Origin: Chiloscyllium plagiosum
Lineage: Eukaryota
Direction of reading: 5' to 3'
Assembly: GCF_004010195.1 (NCBI RefSeq)
Contig: NC_057719.1
Location: 79,997,080 to 80,052,639, forward strand
DNA: 55,560 bases
Positions within the stretch are counted from its first letter, which is position 1. Every line of letters begins with the position of its first letter. The notes under the pieces are model-generated. The model was not told the origin of the DNA. It saw only the letters and a list, made by a program, of their open reading frames with translations, and did no database searches. Of this stretch, positions 35,721 through 51,923 are shown one piece after another. The translations under genes were made by a program, and so were the position numbers.

Positions 35721-37240
35721 CTGTCTGTCTCATAAGACCTAGCATCTATTCCAATTTCCTCTCTCCACTTAATTGGCTTCCTGTACCACAGTGCTGCAAG
35801 CTGTTTGCTCATCTTTCCCACAGCTTCCACTTTCATCCACACAGCTTGCGAGAACCTTTCCATAGTTAATGGGCAATTGCAGGAGCTGAAAATCCTCGAG
35901 CACTACCCTAAGGTGTTCATGCTTGCCTTAACTATAGTCATATCTACCTGGAGCAAAGTGTAAATATAACATACCCCCCATCTGAGGTGGTGCAATGTCT
36001 TCAGCTTGTCAACTTTTTTATCCAAAGTTCCTCAGGCTGCAAACGGTGCAGATATATTCATTATGGATCACCATGTTCAGCAGCAACACGACTTGTCCAC
36101 ATCCTGACCTATTTAATCTCTTCATTGCTCTTTACAATCCATGTTTGCCATTCTTTCTGGGGTATATCACTTGGATATAGGTAAAGTCTTTCAGCTTTCT
36201 GACTGCTTCCATGTGGTGTGTCAATTTCAGACATATTGTCTGATTCCAGTCTGTAAGCTGTTATTGCTATTTTCCAACAATGTTGACTGTTGGAAGTTTA
36301 TTAAGGACTGTTCTTTGGTTAGATCTTTGCATTTTTGTGGAACATTGTGTTTATTTTGGATTTTTCCAGGCGGTTGAACTTCACAGTTTAGAAGCTTTTT
36401 CCTCTTTTGGAAACACCGCTCTCATAGGTCATGAAATACTGGAAACTGTCTCACCCACAAACTACAACTCGTACAAGATTTGGATGTTTGAATCTGTTAA
36501 AGGCCATGATAGTTTTTCCAGGGTCAAACACTTGCAGATGCTGCTGACTTCAATCAGCTTCAGGATGTGTTTTCCAAGACACTTCAGTCATAAATTGCAA
36601 ACTATTGTTTAACTTGTAAAAATGTAATATTCTCATTAACCAGTTTCTGTATATCCGTGAGTATGATTTGAAATTTTTTTTGGGATGCGTGTGTGAATAA
36701 GTAATCCTCTTTATTTTAACCCATGAGAATGTTGTCAATTATTCAGTTGTCCCCACACTGTAGGCTTAAGAATCCTGGACCACTTCATTTTCCAAAACCC
36801 ATTGGAAACAGATGTTTGTTCTTCTCCCATTGTTGTCTATAGCAGTGTAGAATCTGTTTCCACAAGCCTTTTGAAATATGGATCCCAGATAATAATAAGC
36901 TTGGTCTGTTAAAAGCCCCTCCCATTTGTAAGTGAAAAGTTATGGTTGTTAGTGTGGTCTCTTGTAGTGATGTAACTGTATCAAAAGATTAATTTTGTAA
37001 CTGGATATGTATTTTGGCATTAACAAAAATTGAATTTAATAATTCAAGGTCTGACATTTAAATTGTATAATTACACCAACTTTCTGACTCTCGGGCTATT
37101 GGTATGTCATGACATTTTCAGTAATCTCTCTCTATCTATTACCCTACTAATCTTTCATAAATTTATCTTAATTATTTAAATATGTATGTTGTGCTTTTAA
37201 TTTTCAAGGTTCTGCTGTTAACACTATCTAACGTGATAAG

Positions 37241-37374
37241 ATGGCAGAGGCAGACTGGGAACTGAGTAAGGAGAATGTCCAGCCTTTGAAACAAGGCCGG
37301 GATGTGAATACACTTAAGGATGTGCTTGCACAGCATGAAGCTTTAAGTCATATCAGTATTCAAGAGCAGAAACA
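37241..37374 (+). CDS. BUB1B: BUB1B/BubR1 first coding exon (exon 2, exon starts at 37209), KEN1
   Basis: MAEADWELSKENVQPLKQGRDVNTLKDVLAQHEALSHISIQEQK matches BubR1 WELSKENVQPLRQGR. Acceptor TTTTCAAG| at 37208, donor |GTAAGT at 37375, in-frame TAA at 37229 upstream of the ATG. Confidence 0.96.
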
Positions 37375-38519
37375 GTAAGTAATGCTGTTTTGCTATTTAT
37401 TTGATTTTTGTTTACAGGGTAATTTTGATAGGGAACGGGAGACTGGGTTGGAGTAGAAGCACTGCATTATTCAAACTTCAGAATAGTTCTAAATATAGAA
37501 GGGAACAAGCCACTTTTATACATTTTGTGACAAATGATATTCTCAAAGAGAATTAAGTAGATCATATTTCGACCATGCAGTGTGCAATATTACTATCATT
37601 ACACTGCTCTATTCATGTTTCCCTTACCTTTTTTACACCAGATAATCTTGTTAAGTGTTTTCACCTGAGGAGACATCTGGTCAATCCACGTCCAAAGAAC
37701 CTGCTGTGAAAACCATGCTCACGTTTTGACAACTGATACATTTCACAGCAGCCAAGATTCTAAAACAATCAAATTTCTTTAAAGCAAGTTACAATTTTTT
37801 AAAAAAAAAAAGGTTCTAGATGTTGTTCATAGTTTAGTTTTAATTGCTTTTCCCTACTTCCCTGTAGAAAGAAAAGCTGCCTTACTTCATAGTAATTGCT
37901 TGTACAATTAAGTTGCTTGCAAGCCAATCCAGGTGGCACTGAAAGTGACCCTTGCTTGGTGGGTTACGGTTACATCTTGCCCATGATGAGAGGGACTTGC
38001 AGATTCCTTTTTGTTAGACATCAGCACATAAGTCATGGCCTAGATAGAAGCTGGCAGTTTTTGTGGTCACTTTGCATGGCGTCAATCAACAAGTTAGCAG
38101 ATTTCAAGAAATCAGTTTCACAATTGAGCATGGTGAGATTTGAATTAATGACTTAGCTAGTTGCTAATGGAAAAAAAACACTGGCAACATTTCGTCAAAT
38201 ATTAATTTCATATCCATGTTCAATAAATCAGACTATCCAGTCTGCTCTGAAAGTGGAATATTGTCCATATTTGCTACTTTATTCATCCTTGTAACCAATC
38301 GTTTTGTATTGAATTGCCTAACAAGGAGATAGCTTTGGCAATCTAATCAATCATCTGGATAAGCACCATTGGATTTAAATGAAAGAACACTGCTTAAGAA
38401 ATGGGAACAAGCAGATTGACATCTTGGGGGTGGGAGGCCAAGTTCAGCCCTGATTGGAGCAGTCCTATTTAATACGAGTGAGGAACGACAGTGGGTTGTT
38501 TGAACTTTTGAGTCTGTAA

Positions 38520-39705
38520 TGCCATTTGATTAATATCATGACTAATCTGATTTTAAGCTCCACTTTATATTCCTGCATACCCCTGACTAATCTTTCACAC
38601 TTTTTATAAGCTACTTCTGCCTTAAATATTTAAAGATTTCTGTGTCCACTGCCTTTTGAGGAAAGATTCCAAAGGCCTCAATTTCCACTCTACACATGCC
38701 ATTCACAATCTTATAAACTTCTTCTATCAGGTCTCCCCTCAAATACCTGCATTCCAGTGAAAACAACCCCAGTCTATCCAAACTTTCTTCATAGCTAAAA
38801 TCCCCCATATCAGGCAACATCCTGGTAAACCTTTTCTGTACCCTCTCTGAAGCATCCACACCCCTCTGGTAGTATGGTAACCAGAACAGTATGCAATATT
38901 CCATGTGAGAGACCTAATCAATCTCCTTGTTAACTAAAGAGACCTTGGCGTGCAGGTTCAAAGCTCCTTGAAAGTGGAGTTGCAGGTAGATAGGATAGTG
39001 AAGAAGGCATTTGGTATGCTTTCCTTTATTGGTCAGCGTATTGAGTACAGGAGTTGGGAGGTCATATTGCGGCTGTACAGGACATTGGTTAGGCCACTGT
39101 TGGAATATTGCGTGCAATTCTGATCTCCTTCCTATCGGAAAGATGTTGTGAAACTTGAAAGAATTCAGAAAAGATTTACAAGGATGTTGCCAGGGTTGGA
39201 GGATCTGAGCTACAGGGAGAGGCTGAACAGGCTGGGGTTGTTTTCCCTGAAGCGTTAGAGGCTGAGGGGTGACCTTAGAGGTTTACAAAATTATGAGGGG
39301 CATGGATAGGATAAATAGACAAAGTCTTTTCCCTGAGGTCGGGGAGTCCAGAACTAGAGGGCATAGGTTTGGGGTGAGAGGGGAAAGATATAAAAGAGAC
39401 CTAAGGGGCAACTTTTTCACGCAGTGGGTGGTACGTGTATGGAATGAGCTGCCAGAGGATGTGGTGGAGGCTGATACAATTGCAACATTTATGAGGCATT
39501 TGGATGAGTATATGAATAGGAAGGGTTTGGAGGGATATAGGCCGGGTGCTGGCAGGTAGGGCTAGTTTGGGTTGGGATAGCTGGTCGGCATGGACGGGTT
39601 GGACCGAAGGGTCTGTTTCCATGCTGTACATCTCTATGACTCTAAAGTTCTGTAAAGCTGCAGCATAACTTGCCTATCCTTATACTCAATGCCCCTTCCA
39701 AAGAA
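38520..39705 (-). mobile_element. Older CR1 copy split by a younger opposite-strand CR1
   Basis: Minus ORF MEYCILFWLPYYQRGVDASERVQKRFTRMLP at 38611..38904. The element resumes at about 39645-39705. Confidence 0.8.
38935..39644 (+). mobile_element. Young CR1 LINE 3' fragment (intron 2)
   Basis: LYRTLVRPLLEYCVQF and YKIMRGMDRINRQSLFP. Tail ATGCTGTACATCTCTATGACTCT, near-identical to about 4090-4117. Confidence 0.93.
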
Positions 39706-42038
39706 TTCAAATAAATTAAGCATTATTTCCCTTTGCCAGAGCCAACATGGTTTTGTCAGAATACAGAATCACAGAATTGTTACAGAGGAGGAGGTAGTCA
39801 TTTGGCCCATCCTATTGATCCGGTTCTATTCCGTTGTGCCAATTTCCTGTTCAAATACAGATCCTCTACTTTCTTGACTGCCTCCAGTTGAATGTGCCTC
39901 CTCTGTTTCCTGGTAGTGATTTCCATGCATTAATTACTCACTGAAAAAGTTGTTTTCCTCACATAACTGAGCATGTCACTTTAAATCTGCCCTTGTTCTT
40001 TTTTTTATGATTGGGGACAGCTCCCTAGCTACTCTATTCAACTCGCTCATGATCTTGAAACTTCTACTAAATCTCCTTTTCGGGTGCCGCCTTTTCAAGA
40101 AAACCAGTCCCAATCTTTCCTCAATCCTGGAATTATTCTTGTAAATCGCTTTTGCATTCACATTTTTGTAAAATGTGGGGCCCTCAACTGTGCACAGTAT
40201 CCTGCTGGTCTAACAGCTGTCTGTCTGTCTGTCTCTGTCTCTTCTACCCCCAAAAAAGGATCCTTCCCCAACTAATGGATTTTGAAAAATTAAGATTAAC
40301 ACATCAACTATACCACTTGTTTCTTTTTAAGGATCTAAATCCATCAGGATCCACAGATATGCCAACTCATTGTTTTACATCTCGAGTTGAGGACACATCT
40401 GGAATGTGCTTTATCCACCTGAAGATGCTGATTGACCTGTTTGTGTTCTCAGCTTTTTCTAGCTTCAGCATTTGTAGTATTTTGTAATTCCTGTTTGGAG
40501 GTTGCAGTGATGTACTTGATCACTATCCCTATTCCCTTGTTTGTTAGATTTTCTTTTGGAAGGGTTGACTGCTTTCACAAGATAAGTCTTCAAACAACTG
40601 CATAGATGTGGCGTAATCATTGTGTTGAAGGCCGTTTTAAATTGGAGGAGTTAAGTCACTATTGGCTCTCTCAAATTCTAGATTTGTGATACTGTTTGGA
40701 GTTGGAAGCTCCATGGATGAAAAATTAACACTGAAATCTTGATTATGATGCTTCACTTTTGACAACCTGGCTTTGAAACTCCCTCAAGACCTACTCAGAT
40801 GTTGGCAGCCTTAGTGTTTGCTCAAGTTCTCATAGTTCACCTTTTCTTTCCTGGAGCTTAACTCCCTTGAATTCGTAAACTGTACTTGTACAGTGTTCGC
40901 AGACTGCTGGTTTCACCAAAGTGGATATTTTTTCAAGCTGGATGAGATACACGAAGCATTTGCTGCTTGTGAGTTTTTAACTCCTGTTCTGAGCCATAAA
41001 TTATAAAAAGCCTGGTTTTTGTGTCCAAACTCTTAACACTTAGCTACCTACTAACTCCCAGATCATTTGCCTGAGTTCTGACTGCATAGAGCTCTCCAAC
41101 TACTCTTGATTCTCACTGATTCTGAGTAGACCTCTTTTATGGCCTTTTCAGCTGTCCAGTTCAATAGTTCTTTTGTACATGACACTTCATGCCATGTTAT
41201 CTGCTTCTCTAATTAACTGTGTGTGATCTAAGACTGGTCTTCAATGACCCATGAACACTTTTTTTTTCAGTCTGTTGAAAATTTTGCAACAAGGACTATC
41301 CTTAAGCAATATTGAATATAATTAATTTTGGAACAGTCAAATATAGGAACACCTTTGAACTGTCTGTTCCTTGAATGTTATGATATACAGTGTGCTGGTC
41401 CCAATAACTTAAAATGCATATTTTTTAAAACAAAAATAATTTTTCACATTCTACTGACTCTCTAAGCTAACTTTAAGTCGGCTGTCTCTGGATATTTGTT
41501 AGTATGTATAAAATATTTTGTCATCTTGGTTCTAGTGGCAATTGTCATGCTAAAATAGATTTAAAATTTATTTGTGTTGCTGGCACAGCCTGACTTGCAC
41601 ACTTCAAACGTGGTGTTTCTAAACCACTTCTTGAGCCATTGCATTCTGTATAATTTTAATCCATCAGCAATTTAAAAAAAAAAAATGATGCATCTCCAGG
41701 TCAGAATGGCATCTGACTTGGAGGATAACTTGAAGTGTTTTTATGCTATAGCTACCCTTGTCCTAAATGGGTGAAACTTGATGGTGCTGGAGGTTTGTTT
41801 ACAGGCTATATTAAATTATTCAGGACCTTGCTTTGAATAAGCAATGATTCTTCTTGGCTAACTCAGCACATTGTTAATATCATGCAGAGCAGTAAGAAAT
41901 CTGGTTGCCTTATAGTTTTCGACATCTGGATTGTCAAACTTGCAGTTCTCTCTGTGCTTAAGTAGTTACATCATATGCAGATGGCTGTCGATGTTCATCT
42001 TAATTAACAATGTTGTTTCATTGTAAGTACCTTTTTCT

Positions 42039-45013
<2,975 letters not shown>

Positions 45014-47129
45014 TAAGCAGTTAGATTTTTGATCCATTGTTTCATTGGAAAGAATTTGGGATGCCAGATTATCCGAGATTATATTTTCTGTAAAGATCTG
45101 TTTCTTTCAATAATGTGCCAACAGTGAATACATGATTATCAAATGCTAGTGTATAGCTAGAGAAATGACCAGAAGGGAACTTCAGTTTTCTGGGCCAGTG
45201 GGGCAAGTTCTGAGACAGGACAAAGCTATTTAATATAGATACTTGAACCTCAGCATAGCTGGAGCTCAAGTGTTTTGAGAAAGTAGTGATTAGGCATCAG
45301 GATAAAGCAGAAATCGACCTTCACCAGAAGCTGAGATAAATAGCTATAGAATAAAGTACTTCTGGAAAAATCTAGGGAGGAAAAGATATTCCAGCCCAAG
45401 ATGGGTTTAGTCAGAATGTGTATATATAATGCATATATGCTTGGCGGAGGCAATAGCCTAGTGGTAGTATCGCTAGGCCATTATCATTAATCCAGAGACC
45501 CAGGTAATGTTCTTGACAGGTTCAAATCCTGTCATGGCAGATGCTGGAATTTAAATTCAGTAGAAATCTGGCAAGAAGTATCTAATGATAACTATGAAAC
45601 TATTGTTAAGTTTTGGGAAAATTCATCCGGTCTCTTGCCTTTAGGGAAGAAAAAAGGCCTGGTCTGGCCTATTGTGACTTCAGACTCTGGGCAATTAGCC
45701 AGCAACGTCTCTAGTAGATTAGTAGCTATTGTAATTTCGAGTATTATGACTGAGAAACACACAATTTAAGCGTGGGGCCAGTTATAAACAAAAAGTAGCC
45801 TATCATCATCTCTATATCTACAAGTGTTAAGTATTTTGGCAGCATCCACTTCCCCAGAACATCAATGCAGTGTAACAGTCAAGAAGTGTACCAATGTTTG
45901 ATGCGATTTAAAAAAATTGAAAAGAGAGTAATAAAAATGTGAGCAGTACCCTGCTGCTTTTTTTTAAGAAGCACAAAAGTGATGTGTCTTGCACTCATGT
46001 AGGATGTAAGGTCAAAATTGAGATTTCAGTTGCAATTGGGATTGTCCGTATTGCACCATTTGCAATTAGTGATTGTATGCCAGTCAGACAAATATTGATT
46101 GTGAACATTTTTGAACATAAATACAAGCCAAGATTATTTGTGACTTGAGGAGCCTCATTGAGGTAATATGAAAATTGTCATGAATTTATTAAAGGAAAAT
46201 AGTGTTAATGAACTTCAGTTCTTTTACACTATGGCAGATTATTTGTGGATTCATGGATTTCAAAAGATATTTGACTAACTATCCCAATAGTTTGCAAAAT
46301 AAGTCCCATGGACATGTGGTTACGTATTTGGGTATGGAGCACAAATCTGTCACAAAAATATTCCTTCGGGATGGAAAGAGAAAATCAAATGGCGTTACCC
46401 AGAGGCTCATCATAGGATTAATGTATTTTTGTGTTATCGCATAATTTCAAAATTTACTGATTGACTTTTAAGTCCCATACAACCAAGGACAACCTGTGAA
46501 ATGTGCAGCCATGTGGCAGATGGTGTTTAACAGAGAAATGTCAAATGATGAGAAGAAAAAGAAAATATAGTATGCTTAAACCGAAAATATTTAAAAGGGG
46601 TTGACGAGCAGAGCTCTGAATTTGAATTGGAACATATGAACACAAAAAGTCATTCAACCTGCTTTGCCAGTTGATTTGATCATAGGTGATTATTTACATC
46701 ATTGCTGCATTACTGCTCTATTTTCCATGTCCATTTGTGTAATCATATCTTGAAATCTCTTTAATGTACTCAATGACATGGTCTCCACAGACCTCTAGGG
46801 TAAAGAAAGTTCCAAGGATTCACCACTTTGTGAAGAAATTACTCCTCATTTCAGATCAAGAACACTTGTGTCCTTCACTTTCAAGTTGATCAGCCAGGGG
46901 ATATTTGTACATACATCTCCGAAGATGGCAGGGATTGTGAAAACCTTTACTTTAACAGAGATGGAATACAAAATCAAGGAAGTTGTGCAAAATTTTACTT
47001 AAAATCTGTTTCTGACCTATCCAGAACATTGTTCAGTTTGGTTTTTTCCATTTTGCTTCATCAAGGACTTCTAGAACTTCTAAAAAGTCTAGATGTTTGC
47101 CAGAACTGTTCTGGGGATGAGGAACCTCT

Positions 47130-47636
47130 GCTGGAGTACTGTCCAGTTCTGATCACCCTGTTATAGGATAGATATTAAGTTGGAGAGAGTTCAGAAGGGA
47201 TTTACCAAGATGTTGACAGGAACGGAGGCTTTGAGCTATGGGCATAGGCTGGAACTTTTTTTTTTAACCTGGAGCATAGGAGGTTGAGAGGTGACCTTGT
47301 AAAGGTTTATAAGATTGAGGGTTATAGATAAGGTGAATGGCAGACTTCTTTTCCCCAGGGTGGGGGATTCGAGACTAGGGGCATGTTTTTAAGGTGAGAG
47401 GAGAAAGATTAATGAAATAACATGAGGGATAACTTTTAAATGTGGTTCGTGTGTAGAATGAACATCCAGAGGAAGTGGTGCATGCGGGTACAGTTACAAT
47501 ATTTAAAAGATACTTTGATAAGCAGATGAGTAAAAAATGTTTGGAGGGATATGGATCAAACATAGAGAGATGGTTTGACTTAGTTTGGGACTGTGGATGG
47601 TTGGACCAAAGGTCTGTTTCCTGTTGTATGACTCTG
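47130..47636 (+). mobile_element. CR1 LINE 3' fragment (intron 3)
   Basis: CTGCTGGAGTACTGTCCAGTTCTG, LERVQKGFTKML and TIFKRYFDK...LEGYG. Confidence 0.85.
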
Positions 47637-47772
47637 GTTATTAAAAGAATAGAGAGACTGTAATGTAGCTCTTAGTAGTGAAGGTTCATCAAAATCATGT
47701 AGGCTTTAAATGTGGTTTTCAGTGGCAGAAGGATCAGTAATCAGATGATACAAATTTTGCGTTATTGTTAAG

Positions 47773-48093
47773 ATTACATTACATTACATTACATTACAGT
47801 GTGGAAACAGGCCCTTCGGCCCAACAAGTCCACACTGACCCGCCGAAGCGAAACCCACCCATACCCCTACATTTACCCCTTACCTAACACTAGGGGCAAT
47901 TTAGCATGGCCAATTCACCTGACCCTGCACATCTTTTGGACTGTGGGAGGAAACCAGAGCACCCGGAGGAAACCCACGCAGACACGGGGAGAACGTGCAA
48001 ACTCCACACAGTCAGTCGCCTGAGGTGGGAATTGAACCCGGGTCTCAGGCGCTGTGAGGCAGCAGTGCTAACCACTGTGCCACCGTGCCGCCC
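47773..48093 (-). mobile_element. Young full-length V-SINE (HE1-like), intron 3
   Basis: Intact A and B boxes on the minus strand, with an (ATTAC)5 tail. Confidence 0.93.
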
Positions 48094-48454
48094 ACAAAGC
48101 CAGAAGAGCCAGAACTGACACAAACTGTTTTCTTCCTTGTATCTGGAAATACGCTGAATTTTGTTTTGGACTTTGCTTCAAAAGAGAATTTCAAATTGTT
48201 GAAGGAGAAACAAACATGGGTCTCTGACAAAGATAAATAACATTTAACTTGAGCAAAGTTTGTGCAGGCCAGTTAGGCTAAATTGAAGTATAGAACCACT
48301 TGTGAACTGCCCTGTTCTGATTCTAAGAGCATTGTGCGAATTTTTGCATAGCACTGTGTAACTTTGTGATCCACAAACAAGTGCAGCTAGCTGAATTGGC
48401 TGTTCAAGTAGTGATAGTTTCGAAACTATCTATTGCTTTGTTTGTTTTCAACAG

Positions 48455-48599
48455 ATATATCAAATGGACGGAACAGACGTTTCCACATGGTGGAACAGAT
48501 AGTAATCATTTAGCTCTTTTGGAAAGGGCTTTGAAACTCTTCCTGAAGGATGATACATATTACAGTGATCTACGGTACCTCGGTCATTGGTTAAAGTTT
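48455..48599 (+). CDS. BUB1B: BUB1B exon 4 (145 nt), TPR domain
   Basis: YIKWTEQTFPHGGTDSNHLALLERALKLFLKDDTYYSDLRYLGHWLKF. CAACAG| acceptor, |GTGAGT donor, phase 2-0. Confidence 0.97.
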
Positions 48600-49199
48600 G
48601 TGAGTGTGCTTTTTGTTCAATGAATCTTAGGTGATCATTGCAGCCCTGTTCTTTCAACATTTATTGCCTATTTGTAATATATTAATATTTAATCATTTAA
48701 CTGATTTTATTCAACGTTGAGATGTTTTTGGATAACAACTTCTTAAATTTCTCCCAATGCTTCACCTCATAATTTTGTGCTAAGCTATGACCAAACACTA
48801 ATGTTCCAGTACTTGTCTAAATGACTTCAGATTATGCAATAAGTATCACTGAGACTTGATGCTAAAAATCAATCAGACTCCTGTTGCTCACTATCAATGT
48901 AAAGTGAGAACCCTAGCTCTGATCCACCATCGCACTTCTCTCTCTTAACCACTGACTGCTTGCTCACCTTTTTCCTTCGGCCACTGTGATAATTTCCCTA
49001 AAGTAGGTTACATCCTCAATGAAGTATCCTATATAAAACTCTTCAATTATAAACATTAAAAGAACTGGGAAGGTAATCAAATACCAAGGCTATAATGCTG
49101 AAATAGGGAGAATATTTATAAGCATTGTTTACAAAATTGCTAACCTTGCCTTACTGTACTACAGTAATCACAAGTTGGAATGACAAGTATCAAAATCCT

Positions 49200-49790
49200 T
49201 ACACATATTCTGACTATAAAAATGAGCTTCCAGTTGTTTGCCACTTCAACACACCGCTAAGTTCCTACGCCAGCATTTCTGTCGCAGGCCTCCTGTGGTG
49301 TTCCAGCACAAGCTCAAAGAACAGCATCTCACATTCTGCCTGGGGACCTGGCAGCCTTTAAGTCTCTTCATTGAGATCAGTAATTTTAGAAGCTGATTCA
49401 TTTCTGGTCCCGTCATGGCATGGTTTGCTTTTAGCGCAGCCAACACATTCTTACCACCCTCATTATCACATTACATTGATTGATTGCTTTCAGCAATTTA
49501 CTCCCTCCTCTAAGCTCTCATTATCACTTTACCTTCTCTTCTGTCCTACTTTTCATAATCCCCTCAACTGCCTATCTCTTTCATATCTCTCACCTATCTG
49601 CTCATGTCTCTCCTCCACCAACCTATCCCAATCCCCCCAACCCCACCATCTCCTCTTCAGCATAAATGCCACCTTTTTTCCTACTGGCTATTAGTTCTGA
49701 TAAAGTCATTGGACTGAATGTTAACTCTGCTTTCTCCCCACAGATACTGCTAGTCTACTGAGTTTACCAACAGTTTGTTTTTGTATCAAA
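49200..49790 (+). mobile_element. Decayed PLE 3' fragment (intron 4)
   Basis: ELPVVCHFNTP and EQHLTFCLGTWQP, followed by a pyrimidine-rich pLTR with a degenerate TTCTGATAAAG...GTTAACTCTG end. Confidence 0.7.
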
Positions 49791-49904
49791 ACCCCTACAC
49801 TACCTATTCAAACAGTTGGTTTATCTGTTAATTCACTGCACAGAAGTTGAATTTACAACTTGAAATTGCTAATTTCCTGTTCTCTCAACATTAATCGCTT
49901 CCAG

Positions 49905-50101
49905 GTTGACTACTGTACCGATCCACTAGAAATGTTCGACTTCTTAAACAGCAAAGGAATTGGTGTATCGCACGCTGCTCTCTACGTTGCCTGGGCTGAA
50001 CGGTTTGAGCTTCTAGGGAACAACAAAAAGGCAGAAGCTATTTTACAGGAAGGCATTAGGCTCAATGCTGAACCAGTGGAAAAACTACAGCACAATCTGA
50101 G
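49905..50101 (+). CDS. BUB1B: BUB1B exon 5 (197 nt), TPR domain with GIG motif
   Basis: VDYCTDPLEMFDFLNSKGIGVSHAALYVAWAERFELLGNNKKAEAILQEGIRLNAEPVEKLQHNL. TTCCAG| acceptor, |GTAACT donor, phase 0-2. Confidence 0.97.
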
Positions 50102-50969
50102 GTAACTAGTATCTGCTATGTTTAAGAAGGGTTTACTTTATTTTTGCTACCAATTGGGCAGAATTGCTGGCTAAAAGTGCATAAAATTGCCTATTTAAAG
50201 GTTAGGAATTGACTGTGGTATCTGGATTGAGATCTGTACGATTGTTTGCCACTACAACCCAAGCAGTTGCATTCCCATGATTTTTTTTAAAAATGTTTTG
50301 ATTACACACCTCACCAGTAATCGCTCCCGCAGTTCTATCACCATATTTTAAATTTAAAAATCTGCCTGTTTCCATTGTCCTCAACTTGGATTTTTAATCT
50401 GCTTTGGATGCTGGTCGATCACTACACCACTCCCACTTGCTGCCCCCTTACCGTCCTCTCTCAACCATCCTGCTGTCAATGTTTGAGACTCCACTGATTC
50501 AGCCACTGTCCCTCTCACTGTCCGATTGCCCGAGCAGTGCAGTGAAGGAGGTCAGCAACAATGACTTCCTGTTCCAGTGTGGTGGCAAGAGATGCTCAAC
50601 AGATGAGAGCATTTTGGACAAGAGAAACTACTTCAAGTTTCATTAGAAATGGAAAAAAGTATTTAGCGATATGATTGCTTTTAAGCAAATGGGAGAGGTG
50701 ATGAAAATAATCAAAGTAATTCTGTGATCAGTTGACAGGCAGGAGAGATTAAATGATTGGATCACTGGCATGAATTGATATGACCATGGTTAATCAGTCA
50801 CTTTTAATTATGTATCTTTTCTTCCACGTTAAAGACTGAGTTATCCATTAGCTACATCAAGGAGTATCAGCCATGCATGAGTTTCTATGACTGTACAGAA
50901 GGATACTTCGTGCTATGGTGATCAAAGGCTAATGTAGTAATTGGTACCTACATTTTATTTTGTTCTCAG

Positions 50970-51139
50970 GCACTTCCAGTCCCGGGTATTTAAACAGGTT
51001 GTAGCCTCCATAGCTGAAGGAACAAATGAAAACTCCATTCTTGAGCCAACTCAACAAAGAACTAGTCTTGGAGATCTGAAACGGCGAGGACAAAAGAGAG
51101 CCATGGCACCGGTCAAAAGGGTTGGCAGTGGAGTGCAGT
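50970..51139 (+). CDS. BUB1B: BUB1B exon 6 (170 nt), D-box
   Basis: HFQSRVFKQ...QRTSLGDLKRRGQKRAMAPVKRVGSGVQ versus human QFQARV...QRSTLAELK...APIIRVGG. TTCTCAG| acceptor, |GTAAGA donor, phase 2-1. Confidence 0.95.
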
Positions 51140-51364
51140 GTAAGATTGTTTCTGTCTTTCTCCCTTATCCTCACCCCTCCTTGTTCTTCCTGCAGAGAAG
51201 AAACAAAGGGCAGATGTCAAAGCTGAAAAAATAATCAGAGTGCTTGATGTCCCTGTAATTGGTTTATAATTTCTGATATTTTCTACGCCTTATTAATGGC
51301 CTTGGCATCCTTTCTAAAACCTGGTGCCCTGAACTGGACACTTCCAGCTGAGATTTAATTAGCA

Positions 51365-51680
51365 ATGGTGGCCCAGTGGTTAGCACTGCTACCTCAGCAC
51401 CAGGGATTTGGGTTCGATTCCAGCCTTCGGCAACTGTGTGGCATTTGCACATTTTCCATGTATCTGTGTGGGTTTCCCCCAGGTGTTCTGGTTTCCTTCC
51501 ACAGTCCAAAGATGTGCAAGTTAGGTGAATTGGCCATGCTAAGTTGCCCATAGTGTTCAGCGATGCGTAGGTTCGGTGCATTGGTCAGGGGAATGTAAAG
51601 TAATAGGGGAATGGGTCTGGGTACGATACTCTTCGGGGGATCGTTGTAGACTTGTTGGGCCAAATGGCCTGTTTCCACAT
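51365..51680 (+). mobile_element. V-SINE (HE1-like), intron 6
   Basis: GGTGGCCCAGTGGTTAGCAC, GGTTCGATTCC, the central domain, and a GGCCTGTTTCCACA tail. Confidence 0.9.
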
Positions 51681-51923
51681 ATGATGCAATTAAGATTTAT
51701 CGTAATTTCCTTCCTTCAGTCTCCAGTCTCCTTTTGACATTTCCATGCTCCCTCCTCTAACTTCTGCTGAATTTCAAATGAGTGCTGGAGAAAACATTTT
51801 CTTATTGTATTTAAGTTGTAACTAAATTAGTGGTGAGGATGTGGTGGTTATGGAGGGCAATTTCTTTTTTTTTCCCCTTGAGGAGTTTTATTTATGGATG
51901 AATTGAAGTTGTTTTGGTTTTAG

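Noticed and set aside
35720..36850. Cluster of short ORFs in intron 1
   Set aside because: No recognisable motifs or consistent splice sites. Probably an old repeat.
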